In this document: positions 39,140 through 49,376 of the stretch, in pieces | Layout: every line of letters begins with the position of its first letter | How positions within the stretch are numbered: the first letter of the stretch is position 1 | Assembly: GCA_963725865.1 (NCBI GenBank) | Contig: CAVSAC010000012.1 | Coordinates: 1,344,001 to 1,408,000 of the forward strand | Source of the DNA: Candidatus Eiseniibacteriota bacterium | Lineage (GTDB): Bacteria > Eisenbacteria > RBG-16-71-46 | Length of the DNA: 64,000 nucleotides | Direction: 5' to 3' | Program-made: the position numbers and the translations under genes | The notes under the pieces: generated by a model | What the model was told of the DNA's origin: nothing | The model's input: the letters and a program-made list of their open reading frames with translations, nothing else | Database searches by the model: none

Positions 39140-40075
39140 TCAGGGCGCGCCGAGGAAGTCCTCGACCACCCGCACGAACTTCTCGGGCTCCTCGAAGTAC
39201 GGCAGGTGCCCGCTGGACTCGAAGGCCTCCCAGCGCGAGCCGGGAATGGCCCGGTGGATCCGCCACGCGGTGCTCGGCGCCACGTTGATGTCGAAGCGGC
39301 CGGTCATCACGAGGGTGGGCATCGCGAGTCCGGGCAGCAGCGGCCACATGTCGTACTTCGCGAGGTCGGCGTTGAGCTTCTCGTTCACCTCGCGGGCGTA
39401 GTGGTAGGTCGCGGCCCGCGACAGGAATTCGTCGCGCCGGGCGGCGGAGACGAACAGCATGCGCAGGTACTCGCGCAGGCTCTCCTGCCCCGCCGCGGTG
39501 TCGCCGAGCGCGTCCGCGAAGTCGAGCCGCGACTGCCGGTCCACGCCCTCCGGGTAGATGTACTTGAAGATGAACTCGGTGTCGCTCCACTTGGGCGCGG
39601 CCGAGTCGACGATCATCAGGTGCGCGACGTGGTCCGGGTGGCGGAGGGCGTAGGCCATCACGAGGTAGCCGCCCCACGAGTGCCCGAGCAGGTCGATGCG
39701 CGCCGCGCCGAGATCCGCGCGGACCGCGTCGAGGTCGGCGATCTGGTCGGCGAGCGTGCACGACTGCCCGCTCGCGAGCGCGCCGGAGCGGCCGTTGCCG
39801 CGCTGGTCGTAGAACACCACCCGACGCCTGCGCGCCAGGCTGTCCCAGGCGTCGGAGCACAGCACGTAGGTGTGATCGAAGCCCGGACCGCCGTTCACCA
39901 TCACCAGCGGGCGGCCGCCAGCGGCGCCCCGCACCTCGTACCAGAGAGTCGCGCCCGGGGCGTGAATCACCTTCCCCGGTCCGCTCGGCACCGCCGGGCG
40001 GGCCTCGGCGGTGCCGAGCGTGATCATCGTCAGCAGCAGGACCGACAGGATCGGGGTCCGTGGATGGATGCGCAT
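39140..40075 (-). CDS. Secreted proline iminopeptidase-like alpha/beta hydrolase (S33)
   Basis: Signal peptide, NGGPG, YDQRG.GRS, GHSWGG, GRFD, SGHLP..EEP. Confidence 0.85.
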   Translation of the reverse strand: MRIHPRTPILSVLLLTMITLGTAEARPAVPSGPGKVIHAPGATLWYEVRGAAGGRPLVMVNGGPGFDHTYVLCSDAWDSLARRRRVVFYDQRGNGRSGALASGQSCTLADQIADLDAVRADLGAARIDLLGHSWGGYLVMAYALRHPDHVAHLMIVDSAAPKWSDTEFIFKYIYPEGVDRQSRLDFADALGDTAAGQESLREYLRMLFVSAARRDEFLSRAATYHYAREVNEKLNADLAKYDMWPLLPGLAMPTLVMTGRFDINVAPSTAWRIHRAIPGSRWEAFESSGHLPYFEEPEKFVRVVEDFLGAP

Positions 40076-40175
40076 CGCGTTCTCTCTCGGGGTGGGGCGC
40101 CAGCTGCTCGCGGCCGGGAACGGCAGGACGCTACCTCGGAAGCCGCGGCTCGACCAGCGCGGATCGCGCGGGCGT

Positions 40176-42047
40176 TCAGTCGAGCAGCGCCTGGATGCGC
40201 CGCTCGGCCTCGGCGTGCAGGCTCGGCGGCGCTCCGTAGTAGGTCGCGGCGATCGCCCCGGTGCGGTCGAACAGCAGCAGCGTCGGCAGGGCACTGACGT
40301 CACCGAACCGTCGCGCCACCTCGGGCGTGGCCATCGCCCAGGCCACGGGCAGGTCGAGCTGGCGAACGACGTCGCGGACGCCGCGCTCGTCCGACTGCAC
40401 CGCGAGCGCGAGCACGGCGAGGCGGTCGCCGTGGCGGCGGCGGAGCTCGCCCAGCCACCGGAGCGTTCCGCGGCACGGCGGACACCACGTGGCCCAGAAC
40501 TCCACCAGCACCACCCGCCCCGCCAGCGAGTCGCCCGAGATCGTCCGGCCCTGCAGGTCCGTGAGCGCGAACGCGGGCAGCCGCGAGACCCCGCCGCCGG
40601 ACTCCGATGGCGCCGCGGCCCGGGCGCGCGTCCGCTGGCCGGCGAGCACCAGGTCGATCATGCGGACGAGGTCGGCACGCAGGCGCTCGTGGCTCGCGGC
40701 GCTGCGGAAGGGCGCGTAGCGGGCGGTGTCGGCTCCCTCCCCGCGGCCGAAGAACCCGAAGTCCTTCGGTGTCGCCGCGAGGATGTCGTCGACGAAGATC
40801 GCCGGATAGCGCTTCACGCCGAAGCGCTCGGCGAGGGCCGAGCGCCCATAGTCCTCCGACACGAAGCGCGCCCGCCCTCCGTATCCCGCCACCACGCTCT
40901 CGGCCAGCAAACTTGCCGGGTCGGAGAGGTTTCAGGTGTAGGGCCAGCGCACCAGCGTGACGGTCACCTCGGGGGCCGGCCGCGCGGGCGCCGGCGCCGC
41001 CGGCTCGAGCGCGGCGAAGTAGTGCGGCAGCACGTCGGTCACGATCGCCGCCGCGGTCGCGGCGGTCGCCCCCGGCGCCGCGGACTCGGCGTCGGCGTGG
41101 GCGATCTCGAGCAGCATGCGCGCGAGGGTGTGATCGCGGCCGTCGGCCCGCAGGCGCGCGTCGGCGGCCGCGAGCGCATGCGCGAGCGCAACCGAGTCGA
41201 GTACCGCGACCGGCGTGCGCAGCGGCGCGAAGCGCACCCGCGCCTGCAGGTAGCGCAGCAGCGCCCCGCGGTGGAGCCCGGCGGCGGCGAGTGCGCGCGC
41301 CTCGTTGAGGGCGGAGTGCGCGACGATGAACTCCGCGTGGTGATCGATCGACAACGGCGGTCGGTAGGCCGCCAGCATCTCGCGTCCGAGCGAGTCGAGC
41401 TCGGGGGCGATCGAGCGGAATGCCGGCTCGGGCCCCGGGGTCGGCTCGCGGAGGCCGCGCAGGAACGCGACGAAGTCCTCCATGGCCTGCGCCGCGCCGA
41501 GGTAGAACGCGCCGTACTCGGGGCTGGTGCTGTTTCCGTAGTCGAGGCTGGCGTCGTGGAAGCCGCGCACCTGGGACAGCGACGCCTCGGCCAGCGCGCG
41601 GACGGCCGCGGGCCGGACGCCGTCCAGCGCGGCCGGCGCCACCGTGCCGAGCTGCGCGTGGAGCGAGGTGGCCTGGCGCGACCAGGCGAGGGCCAGCGCC
41701 GCCGAGTCGAGCGGCCCGCGCGCGCGCAGCGCCTCGGCGTAGCGGATCCCCGCGAGGTTCGCGTAGACCGCCGCGAGCCGGCTGAGCGCCATCAGCCGCC
41801 GGCCCCGGCCGACCGCCGCGCGCGCGGACGCGAGCGCCGGCGCGCTCCCGTCGCGCACCTGGGCCCAGTCGGCGTCCCCGGCCGGATGCTGCGTGACGAA
41901 CGTGGACCAGCGCGCCAGCTCGTCCGCCAGCGGATCGCGCGCCTCGCTCGCGCGGCGGGCCGCGAACGACAGCACCGCGAGCGCAGCCGCCACCAGCGCG
42001 CCGAGGGTCGCGAATCGCAGGACGAGGCTGCGTCGATTCGGGCTCAC
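40176..42047 (-). CDS. Predicted exported selenoprotein (~623 aa): helical N-terminal domain, thioredoxin-like domain with UxxS (Sec at 40932-40934), TlpA domain
   Basis: Two ORF calls share a frame and are separated only by TGA: VTVTLVRWPYT*NLSDPASLLAESV...ALAERFGVKRYPAIFVDD, then EFWATWCPPC...ALPTLLLFDRTG. A SECIS-like hairpin follows the UGA. Confidence 0.85.
40897..40928 (-). promoter_or_regulatory. Bacterial SECIS element
   Basis: After the UGA: AAC CUCUC CGAC CCGGCA AGUU UGCUGG CC GAGAG. Upper stem 6 bp, GU-containing loop at +19..+22, lower stem CUCUC/GAGAG. Confidence 0.8.
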
Positions 42048-42258
42048 CCGATGACCCTCGCACGGCCTCCCCCGCCACTCCAGTTCGCGGTGCCGAGCGC
42101 GGCGGCATCGCGAGCGAGCGACGCCGGTGACGCCCCGGCACGCGTTGGTCGACCGGGATCCAGAGGCGTCTTCGGCGGTCGGCGGGACTCGGCTAGGATT
42201 CCGCGCGAGTTCGCCGCCTCCCAGCGCGGGAGGCACGACCGCAGCCGACGAGGACACC

Positions 42259-44358
42259 ATGAATCCCACGCGCAACGCGTTCGTGATCGCCGCCCTGCTG
42301 ATCGCCATTGTGCCGCTCGCGCGCGCCGCGGAGCCGCGCGCGTTCACGATCGCCGACTTCTATCGCCTGAAGGAGGTCGAGGACCCGCGCGTCTCGCCGG
42401 ACGGGCGCACGATCGCTTACGTGGTCCGCACCCGCGACCTCGCGAAGGCGGCCCGGATCGCGCGCATCTGGCTGATGGATGCCGACGGCTCGAACGTGCG
42501 ACCGCTGACGTCCGGTGAGAAGAGCGACGCCGCGCCGCGATGGTCGCCCGACGGACGCACGATCGCGTTCGTCTCGGACCGCTCGGGATCCGCGCAGCTG
42601 TGGCGGATCGCCGTGGGCGGCGGCGAGGCGACCGCGCTGACCCACCTCGCCACCGAGGTGGCGGAGCCAGTGTGGTCGCCGGCCGGCGATCGGATCGCGT
42701 TCACGTCCGACGTCTACCCGGAATGCGGTGCCGCCGACTCGTGCAACCAGGCCATCCTCAGGCGGCTCGAGGAAGGCAAGCTCAAAGCGCACGTTGCCGA
42801 TCACCTGCTCTATCGGCACTGGACCGAGTGGAAGGACGGCAAGCGCACCCACATCCTGGTCCTCGAGGTGGCGAGCGGCGCGGTGCGCGACCTGACGCCG
42901 GGCGACTTCGACGCGCCGGTGTTCAGCGCCAGCGGTCCCGCCGACTTCGCATTCTCACCCGACGGCCGGGAACTGTGCTTCGCGTCCAATCACGATGCCG
43001 AGCCCGCCCGCTCCACGAACTCCGACCTGTGGATCGTGCCCGCGGACGGCGGACCGCCGCGCAACCTGACGGCCGCCAACCGCGCCTACGATGGCACTCC
43101 GCGTTACTCGCCCGATGGCCGCTGGATCGCGTTCCGAGCCCAGCGCCAGCCGGGCCACGAGTCGGATCGCTTCCGGATCGCGCTGCTCGACCGCGCGAGC
43201 GGCGCGGTCCGCTCCTTGACGGAGGGGTTCGACTACTGGGTCGGCGATCTGCAGTGGGCCCCCGATTCCAGGCGCGTTCTGTTCACCGCCGACTGGAAGG
43301 CACGCGTGCCGCTGTTCGCGGTCGACCTGGTGGGCACGGTGACGGCGACGCCGCTCGTGGAGGTCGGCACCATCGACGCGTTCGACGTGGCGCCGGGCGG
43401 CGAGTGGGCCGCGCTCGCGCGGCGCGGAATCGGCCAGCCGTGGGAAGTCGTCCGGGCCCCGCTCGCCGGCGGCGCGCCGCAACGCCTGACGTTCGAGAAC
43501 CAGGCGGTCGAGCAGGAGGTCGACATCCGGCCGGCGGAGTCGATCGAGGTGGCGGGAGCCGACGGCCACCCGGTGCAGGTGTACATCGTGAAGCCCCACG
43601 GCTTCGATTCGAGCCGCAAGTACCCGCTCATTCTCAACGTGCACGGCGGACCCCAGAGCCAGTGGTCCGACTCGTTCCGCGGCGACTGGCAGGTCTACCC
43701 GGGCGCCGGCTACGTCGAGGCGTTCCCGAACCCGCACGGCTCGACCGGCTTCGGGCAGGCGTACACCGACGCCATCTCGCGCGACTACACCGGCCGCGTG
43801 ATGCAGGACCTCGAGCGGGTCACGGACGCGCTCGCGAAGCTCCCGTACGTCGACGCGGATCGCATGGGCGCGATGGGCTGGTCGTGGGGCGGATACGCGA
43901 TGATGTGGTTCGAGGGGCACCGCACGCGTTTCCGCTGCCTGGCCTCGATGATGGGACTGTACGACCTCGACGCGTTCTACGGGGCGACCGAGGAGCTGTG
44001 GTATCCCGCCTGGGACCTCGGTGGCGAGCCCTGGAACTCCTCGCTCTACCACCGCGATTCGCCCGCACGGTTCGCGAAGGACTTCAAGACGCCGTGCCTG
44101 GTGCTCACCGGCGAGCGGGACTTCCGCGTCCCCTACACCCAATCGCTCGCGTTCTTCACCGCGCTCCAGAGGATGAAGGTGCCGTCGCGGCTGATCGTGT
44201 TCGAGAAGGCGGGCCACTGGCCGGCTTGGTACGAGATGGCGCTCTACTACAACGCGCACCTCGAGTGGTTCCACACCTACCTCGGCGGGGCGTCCGCGCC
44301 CTGGAACTCGGTCGAGATGGCGCGCAACGGCACTCCGTTCGAGACCGCCAGGCCGTGA
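42259..44358 (+). CDS. Secreted S9-family peptidase (dipeptidyl/acylaminoacyl peptidase)
   Basis: Signal peptide, WSPDG/PD40 repeats, VHGGPQ, GWSWGG, GERDFRVP, GHW. Confidence 0.94.
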   Translation: MNPTRNAFVIAALLIAIVPLARAAEPRAFTIADFYRLKEVEDPRVSPDGRTIAYVVRTRDLAKAARIARIWLMDADGSNVRPLTSGEKSDAAPRWSPDGRTIAFVSDRSGSAQLWRIAVGGGEATALTHLATEVAEPVWSPAGDRIAFTSDVYPECGAADSCNQAILRRLEEGKLKAHVADHLLYRHWTEWKDGKRTHILVLEVASGAVRDLTPGDFDAPVFSASGPADFAFSPDGRELCFASNHDAEPARSTNSDLWIVPADGGPPRNLTAANRAYDGTPRYSPDGRWIAFRAQRQPGHESDRFRIALLDRASGAVRSLTEGFDYWVGDLQWAPDSRRVLFTADWKARVPLFAVDLVGTVTATPLVEVGTIDAFDVAPGGEWAALARRGIGQPWEVVRAPLAGGAPQRLTFENQAVEQEVDIRPAESIEVAGADGHPVQVYIVKPHGFDSSRKYPLILNVHGGPQSQWSDSFRGDWQVYPGAGYVEAFPNPHGSTGFGQAYTDAISRDYTGRVMQDLERVTDALAKLPYVDADRMGAMGWSWGGYAMMWFEGHRTRFRCLASMMGLYDLDAFYGATEELWYPAWDLGGEPWNSSLYHRDSPARFAKDFKTPCLVLTGERDFRVPYTQSLAFFTALQRMKVPSRLIVFEKAGHWPAWYEMALYYNAHLEWFHTYLGGASAPWNSVEMARNGTPFETARP

Positions 44359-44466
44359 GGTCGGACCGGAGCCGCCCCGCGGGTCGGTGAGGTCCGGGAC
44401 TCCGCGCGTGGCGTGCCGGCACGGCCGCGCGGGCCGCGTCGGCGCGGGGTCTCCGCCGGTCGCTGG

Positions 44467-46614
44467 TCAGCCGAGGTCGCGCGCGAGGATCGGCGAACGG
44501 CGCAGGCGGCGGCCGGTGGCGGCGAACACCGCGTTGTGGACGGCCGCCGCCACCGGCGAGACGCACTGCTCGCCGACGCCCAGCGGCGGCAGCGCGCTGG
44601 GCGCGAGGATCACCTCGACGCGCGGCATCTCGCCCATCTCGAGCACCGGGAAGTCCGCGTAGCTCGCCTGCTCGGCGCGGCCGTCCGCGAACGTGACCTC
44701 GCCCTTGATCGCCGCGCTCAGCCCCCACGCGATGGCGCTCTCGACCTGCCCCGCCACGCCGAGCGGGTTCACGACCCGACCACAATCCAGCGCGCACACC
44801 AGCCGGTGCACACGCACGCCGCGCTCGCGCGATGCGGAGACCTCGGCGACCTGGGCGATCACGGTCTCGCCGTCGTAGACGTTGCCGGCGATGCCGAGCC
44901 CGTGCCCGGGCGCGACCGGACGGCCCCAGCCCGCGCGTTCCGCCGCCAGCCGCAGCACCTGGACAAGGCGCGCGCGATTCGGATCGCCGGGCTCGCCCAG
45001 CAGCGCCAGCCGCAGGGCGAGCGGGTCGTGACCGCCCGCGGCGGCGAGTTCGTCGAGGAAGCACTCGCGCGCCAGCACGCCGGGCGGATAATGCACCGCG
45101 CGCCATGGACCGGTCGGCACCGGCGCGCGCTGCGTCACGTGCGCCACGCGGAGGTTGGGCAGCCGATAGGGATTGTCGAAGCCGCCCCACATCAGATCGC
45201 GCGCCAGGTCCGCGCTGGGCGTCGGCTCGCTGAACGCCGAGTGCGGCACGCCGGCCATGGTGTGCGTCCAGGCCACGATCCCGCCGGCGGCGTCGAGCCC
45301 GCCCGTCATCCGGTGCACGGAGCCCGGCTGGTAGTAGCCGAAGCGCAGGTCGTCGGCGCGCGTCCACAGCACCTGGACCGGCCCGTTGCCGGCGCGCGCC
45401 ACCTCGAGTGCCTCGAGCGCCATGTCCACGCCCAGCCGCCGGCCGAACCCGCCCCCCATCAGCTGCGGGTGCACGCGCACGCGCTCGAGCGGGACGCCGA
45501 GCCGGCTCGCCAGCGCCTCCTGCACCTGGTTGGCCGCCTGCGTGCCGAGCCACAGCTCGCAGCCGCCGTCGGCGCTGAGCGCACAGGTCGCGTTCATCGG
45601 CTCGAGCGGCGCGTGCACCTGGAATCCGTAGATGTAGACCGCCTCGACACGCTGGGCGGCGCCGGCGAGGGCCCCGTGCGGGTCGCCCTCGGCACGGGCC
45701 TCCCAGCCGGGCTCGCGGCTGGCCTCCTCGAGGCTGTTCAGGAACGCGCGCGAGTCGAACGGCGCGCCGGCCGCCCGCTCCCACTCGATGCGCAGCAGCT
45801 CGCGCGCGCGCTGCGCCGACCACGAATCGTCGGCGATCACCGCGACGCCGCTGGGCACCTGCACCACCTGGCGCACGCCGGGCACCGCGCGCGCGGCGGC
45901 GGCGTCGAACGAGCGCACCCGCGCGCCGAGTGCGGGCCCGCGCTCGATGCTGGCGAAGCGCAGGCCCGGCACGCGCACGTCGACTCCGAAGCCCGCCTGC
46001 CCGGTGACGATCGCCACTCCGTCGCGGCGCGGCATCGGCTGGCCGACGATGCGGAAGCGCGCGGGGTCCTTGAGCGCCGGCCGCGCGGGCGGCTCGAGCG
46101 CCGCGGCGGCCGCGACCAGCTCGCCGTAGCCCAGGCGCCGCCGGCTGGGGGCGTGCACGACGGCGCCCGACTCCGTGGTGCACTCGGCGGGCGCCACGTT
46201 CCAGCGGGCGGCCGCGGCGCGCACCAGCATGTCGCGCGCGGCGGCGCCGGCGTGGCGCAGCGGCTCCCAGCCGCCACCCACGCTCCAGCTGCCCGAGGTG
46301 CGCATGTTCGGATAGCGCGTGCCGGGTTCGGCGTTCACGACCGCGACGTCCTTCCAGTCGCAGTCCAGCTCCTCGGCCACGATCATCGGCAGCGAGGTGC
46401 GCACGCCCTGGCCCATCTCACCGCGCGCCACCATCACCGTGACGCGTCCGCCGGCGTCGATCGCGAGCCACGGATTGGGCGCGAAACGCGACGCCGGCTG
46501 CCCGGCCGCCGCCGCAGCGCGGCGCACCACCCGTCCGCCCGGCAGCGCCTCGAGCACCAGCGCCGCGCCGGCGAGCGCCCCCGCGCGCAGCACCGCGCGC
46601 CGGGTCGGGCTCAT
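44467..46614 (-). CDS. Xanthine dehydrogenase-family molybdopterin subunit (isoquinoline 1-oxidoreductase beta-like), Tat-exported
   Basis: PTRRAVLR Tat motif, EMGQGVRTSL..IVAEEL, HAPLEPMN, GGGFGRR, DCGRVVNP, GVGE. Confidence 0.92.
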   Translation of the reverse strand: MSPTRRAVLRAGALAGAALVLEALPGGRVVRRAAAAAGQPASRFAPNPWLAIDAGGRVTVMVARGEMGQGVRTSLPMIVAEELDCDWKDVAVVNAEPGTRYPNMRTSGSWSVGGGWEPLRHAGAAARDMLVRAAAARWNVAPAECTTESGAVVHAPSRRRLGYGELVAAAAALEPPARPALKDPARFRIVGQPMPRRDGVAIVTGQAGFGVDVRVPGLRFASIERGPALGARVRSFDAAAARAVPGVRQVVQVPSGVAVIADDSWSAQRARELLRIEWERAAGAPFDSRAFLNSLEEASREPGWEARAEGDPHGALAGAAQRVEAVYIYGFQVHAPLEPMNATCALSADGGCELWLGTQAANQVQEALASRLGVPLERVRVHPQLMGGGFGRRLGVDMALEALEVARAGNGPVQVLWTRADDLRFGYYQPGSVHRMTGGLDAAGGIVAWTHTMAGVPHSAFSEPTPSADLARDLMWGGFDNPYRLPNLRVAHVTQRAPVPTGPWRAVHYPPGVLARECFLDELAAAGGHDPLALRLALLGEPGDPNRARLVQVLRLAAERAGWGRPVAPGHGLGIAGNVYDGETVIAQVAEVSASRERGVRVHRLVCALDCGRVVNPLGVAGQVESAIAWGLSAAIKGEVTFADGRAEQASYADFPVLEMGEMPRVEVILAPSALPPLGVGEQCVSPVAAAVHNAVFAATGRRLRRSPILARDLG

Positions 46615-46651
46615 GTCGGGCCTCCGCCCGGACGCCTCGGCGCGCCGCGGC

Positions 46652-47116
<465 letters not shown>

Positions 47117-47126
47117 CCCGCGGTGC

Positions 47127-49172
47127 TCACCAGATCCGGACCCGCACCGAATCCGCGCGATACATGGCGTCGCCCGGCTTCACGCCGAACGCCTGGTAGA
47201 ACTGCGGCAGGTTCGAGACCGGCCCCGTCACGCGCAGGAAGCTCGGCGCGTGCACGTCGGTCTTCACGCGCACCGCGAGGTTCTCCGGGCGCAGCTGGTT
47301 CATCCAGCCGAGCGACCAGCCGACGAAGTAGCGCTGCGCGGGCGTGAGGCCGCCGAGCGGCTTGCCCTGCCGGTACTGCGCGGTCTTGGTGAACGCATCC
47401 CAGCCGAGCAGCATGCCGCCGAGATCCGCGATGTTCTCGCCCTGCGTCGCCTTGCCGTTCACGTGCAGGTCGCCGACCGCCACGTACTGGTCGAACTGTC
47501 GCACGATCCCCGCCGCGCGCCGATTGAACTCCTGCTCGTCGGCGGGCGACCACCAGTTCTCGAGGTTGCCGCGCTCGTCGAACTGGCGGCCCTCGTCGTC
47601 GAAGCCGTGAGTGATCTCGTGCCCGATCGTGGTGCCACCCGCGTAGGCGTAGACCACCGCGTCGTCCACCAGCGAATCGGCGATGCCGGGCAGGATGAAG
47701 ATCGCGGCCGGCAGCACGATCTCGTTGTTCGATGGGTTGTAGTACGCGTTGTACGTCTGCGGCGTCATGGTCCATTCGGTGCGGTCGACCGGCTTGTAGA
47801 GCTTCGCGATCTGGTAGTCGGCTCTCCAGATGTTCCCCTTGAGGCAGTTGCCGAGGAACGAGCCCCGATCCACCGCGTAGCTCGAGTAGTCGCGCCAGTG
47901 CTCCGGATAGCCGACCTTCTTGGTGACGGATTCCAGCTTGCGCAGCGCGCGCTGCTTGGTGGGCTCGCTCATCCAGTCGAGCGCCTGGATGCGGTCGCGG
48001 AACGCGGCGAAGATCTCGTCCGTGAGCCGGACGTAGCGCTCCTTGGTGCGGGGCGAGAAGTACTGCTGGACGTAGAGCTGCCCGAGCGCGTCGCCGAGGT
48101 AGCCCTCCTCCTCGTCGAGCATCCGCTTCCAGCGCGGACGCTGCTCCGGCGTGCCGTTGAGGATGGTGCCGAAGAAATGGAAGTTCTCGTCGTCGAAGCG
48201 CCCGCCGGCCTCGGCCGCGAACGCGCTCGCGAGGTGCCAGCGCAGGTAGGCCTTCCACTCGTCGAGCCCGTGCGTGGCGAGCGACTTCTCGACCTGCTGG
48301 AGGAACTCGGGCTGCCCGACGACGACGCTGTCGAGCCCTCGGACGTGGCCCTGTTCGAGGAAGTCGCGCCAGCGGATCGAAGGCGTGAGGTTCGAGACGG
48401 CGTCGATCGACATCGCGTTGTAGTTCGCCTGCGGGTCGCGCAGGTCTTCGAGCTTGCGCGACGCTCCCGCCAGCTCGGTCTCGATGGTCATCACGGTGCG
48501 TGCGTGGGTCGGCGCCACTGTCGCGTCGTCGCCGAGCAGCTCGAACATGCGGCCGACGTGCGCTTCGTACTCGCGCCGCAGCATGGTCGAGCGCTCGTCG
48601 GTGTCGAAGTAGTAGTCGCGATTCGGCAGCCCCAGCCCGCCCTGGTACAGGTGCATCACGTAGCGGTCGCTCTTCTTCTCGTCCTGGAAGATCGCCGGCG
48701 AGCACAGCACGTCCACGCCGATGTACTGGAGGTGCGCGATGGTCTCCAGCAGTCCCCGGCTGTCGCGGACGGCGGCGATCCGCGCGAACTCGTCGGCCAG
48801 CGGCGTCATCCCCTGCCGGGCGATCGTCGCGGTGTCCATGCCGGCGTACCAGAAGTCGCCGATCTTCTGCGCGTTGGCGCCCCGGGGCGCGCGCGCATCC
48901 CGTGCGGCCGACTCGCTGATCGCCAGCAGCCGCCGGTAGGTCTCCTCCTGGACGACGTGCGAGATCCCCCACGAGCGCTCACTCGGCGGGATCGGATGCT
49001 GGCGCAGCCAGCGGCCCACCGAATAGTGGAAGAAGTCCGCGCGCGGCGACACCGCCGGGTCCACGAACTGGGCCAGGTAGTGGGCCGCGTCGGTCGGAGC
49101 GGTGCGCGGCGCGGGCGCCGCCGCGGTGAGGAGCAGGCCGATCGGCAGGAGCAGGACGAACGAGCGCTTCAT
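47127..49172 (-). CDS. Secreted M13 metallopeptidase (neprilysin/PepO-like)
   Basis: NAYY, GHEITHGFDD, GENIADLGG, DVHAP. Confidence 0.96.
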   Translation of the reverse strand: MKRSFVLLLPIGLLLTAAAPAPRTAPTDAAHYLAQFVDPAVSPRADFFHYSVGRWLRQHPIPPSERSWGISHVVQEETYRRLLAISESAARDARAPRGANAQKIGDFWYAGMDTATIARQGMTPLADEFARIAAVRDSRGLLETIAHLQYIGVDVLCSPAIFQDEKKSDRYVMHLYQGGLGLPNRDYYFDTDERSTMLRREYEAHVGRMFELLGDDATVAPTHARTVMTIETELAGASRKLEDLRDPQANYNAMSIDAVSNLTPSIRWRDFLEQGHVRGLDSVVVGQPEFLQQVEKSLATHGLDEWKAYLRWHLASAFAAEAGGRFDDENFHFFGTILNGTPEQRPRWKRMLDEEEGYLGDALGQLYVQQYFSPRTKERYVRLTDEIFAAFRDRIQALDWMSEPTKQRALRKLESVTKKVGYPEHWRDYSSYAVDRGSFLGNCLKGNIWRADYQIAKLYKPVDRTEWTMTPQTYNAYYNPSNNEIVLPAAIFILPGIADSLVDDAVVYAYAGGTTIGHEITHGFDDEGRQFDERGNLENWWSPADEQEFNRRAAGIVRQFDQYVAVGDLHVNGKATQGENIADLGGMLLGWDAFTKTAQYRQGKPLGGLTPAQRYFVGWSLGWMNQLRPENLAVRVKTDVHAPSFLRVTGPVSNLPQFYQAFGVKPGDAMYRADSVRVRIW

Positions 49173-49376
49173 GGCGTGGAGTCCCGGGGTGGAAGGTGCT
49201 GCGGGAGCATGGACCGCGCGCAGAATCGGGGAAGCCGAGGGAAAAAGCCAGCGCGGACGCCGCGGACGGCGACGAGCGCGGCGGTCATGCGGCCGAGCGC
49301 TGAGGGCGCCCCGGCGACGAATGGCCGGACCGCGCCGACGGCGTCCTCCCCCGCTGCCGCGCAGGCGCTCCGCGCG

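Noticed and set aside
35874..39860. Very long antisense or alternate-frame ORFs (also 19265-21763, 22792-25965, 32224-35361, 46971-50396, 51399-54422)
   Set aside because: These are Arg/Ala/Gly-rich shadows of well-supported genes, expected at this GC content, and they contain no motifs.
40176..42347. Two separate genes, or a nonsense-mutated pseudogene, as the ORF track implies
   Set aside because: The stop is TGA at the Trx active-site position, is followed by a SECIS-like hairpin, and splits a single fold. The 42347 start also overlaps the divergent S9 gene.
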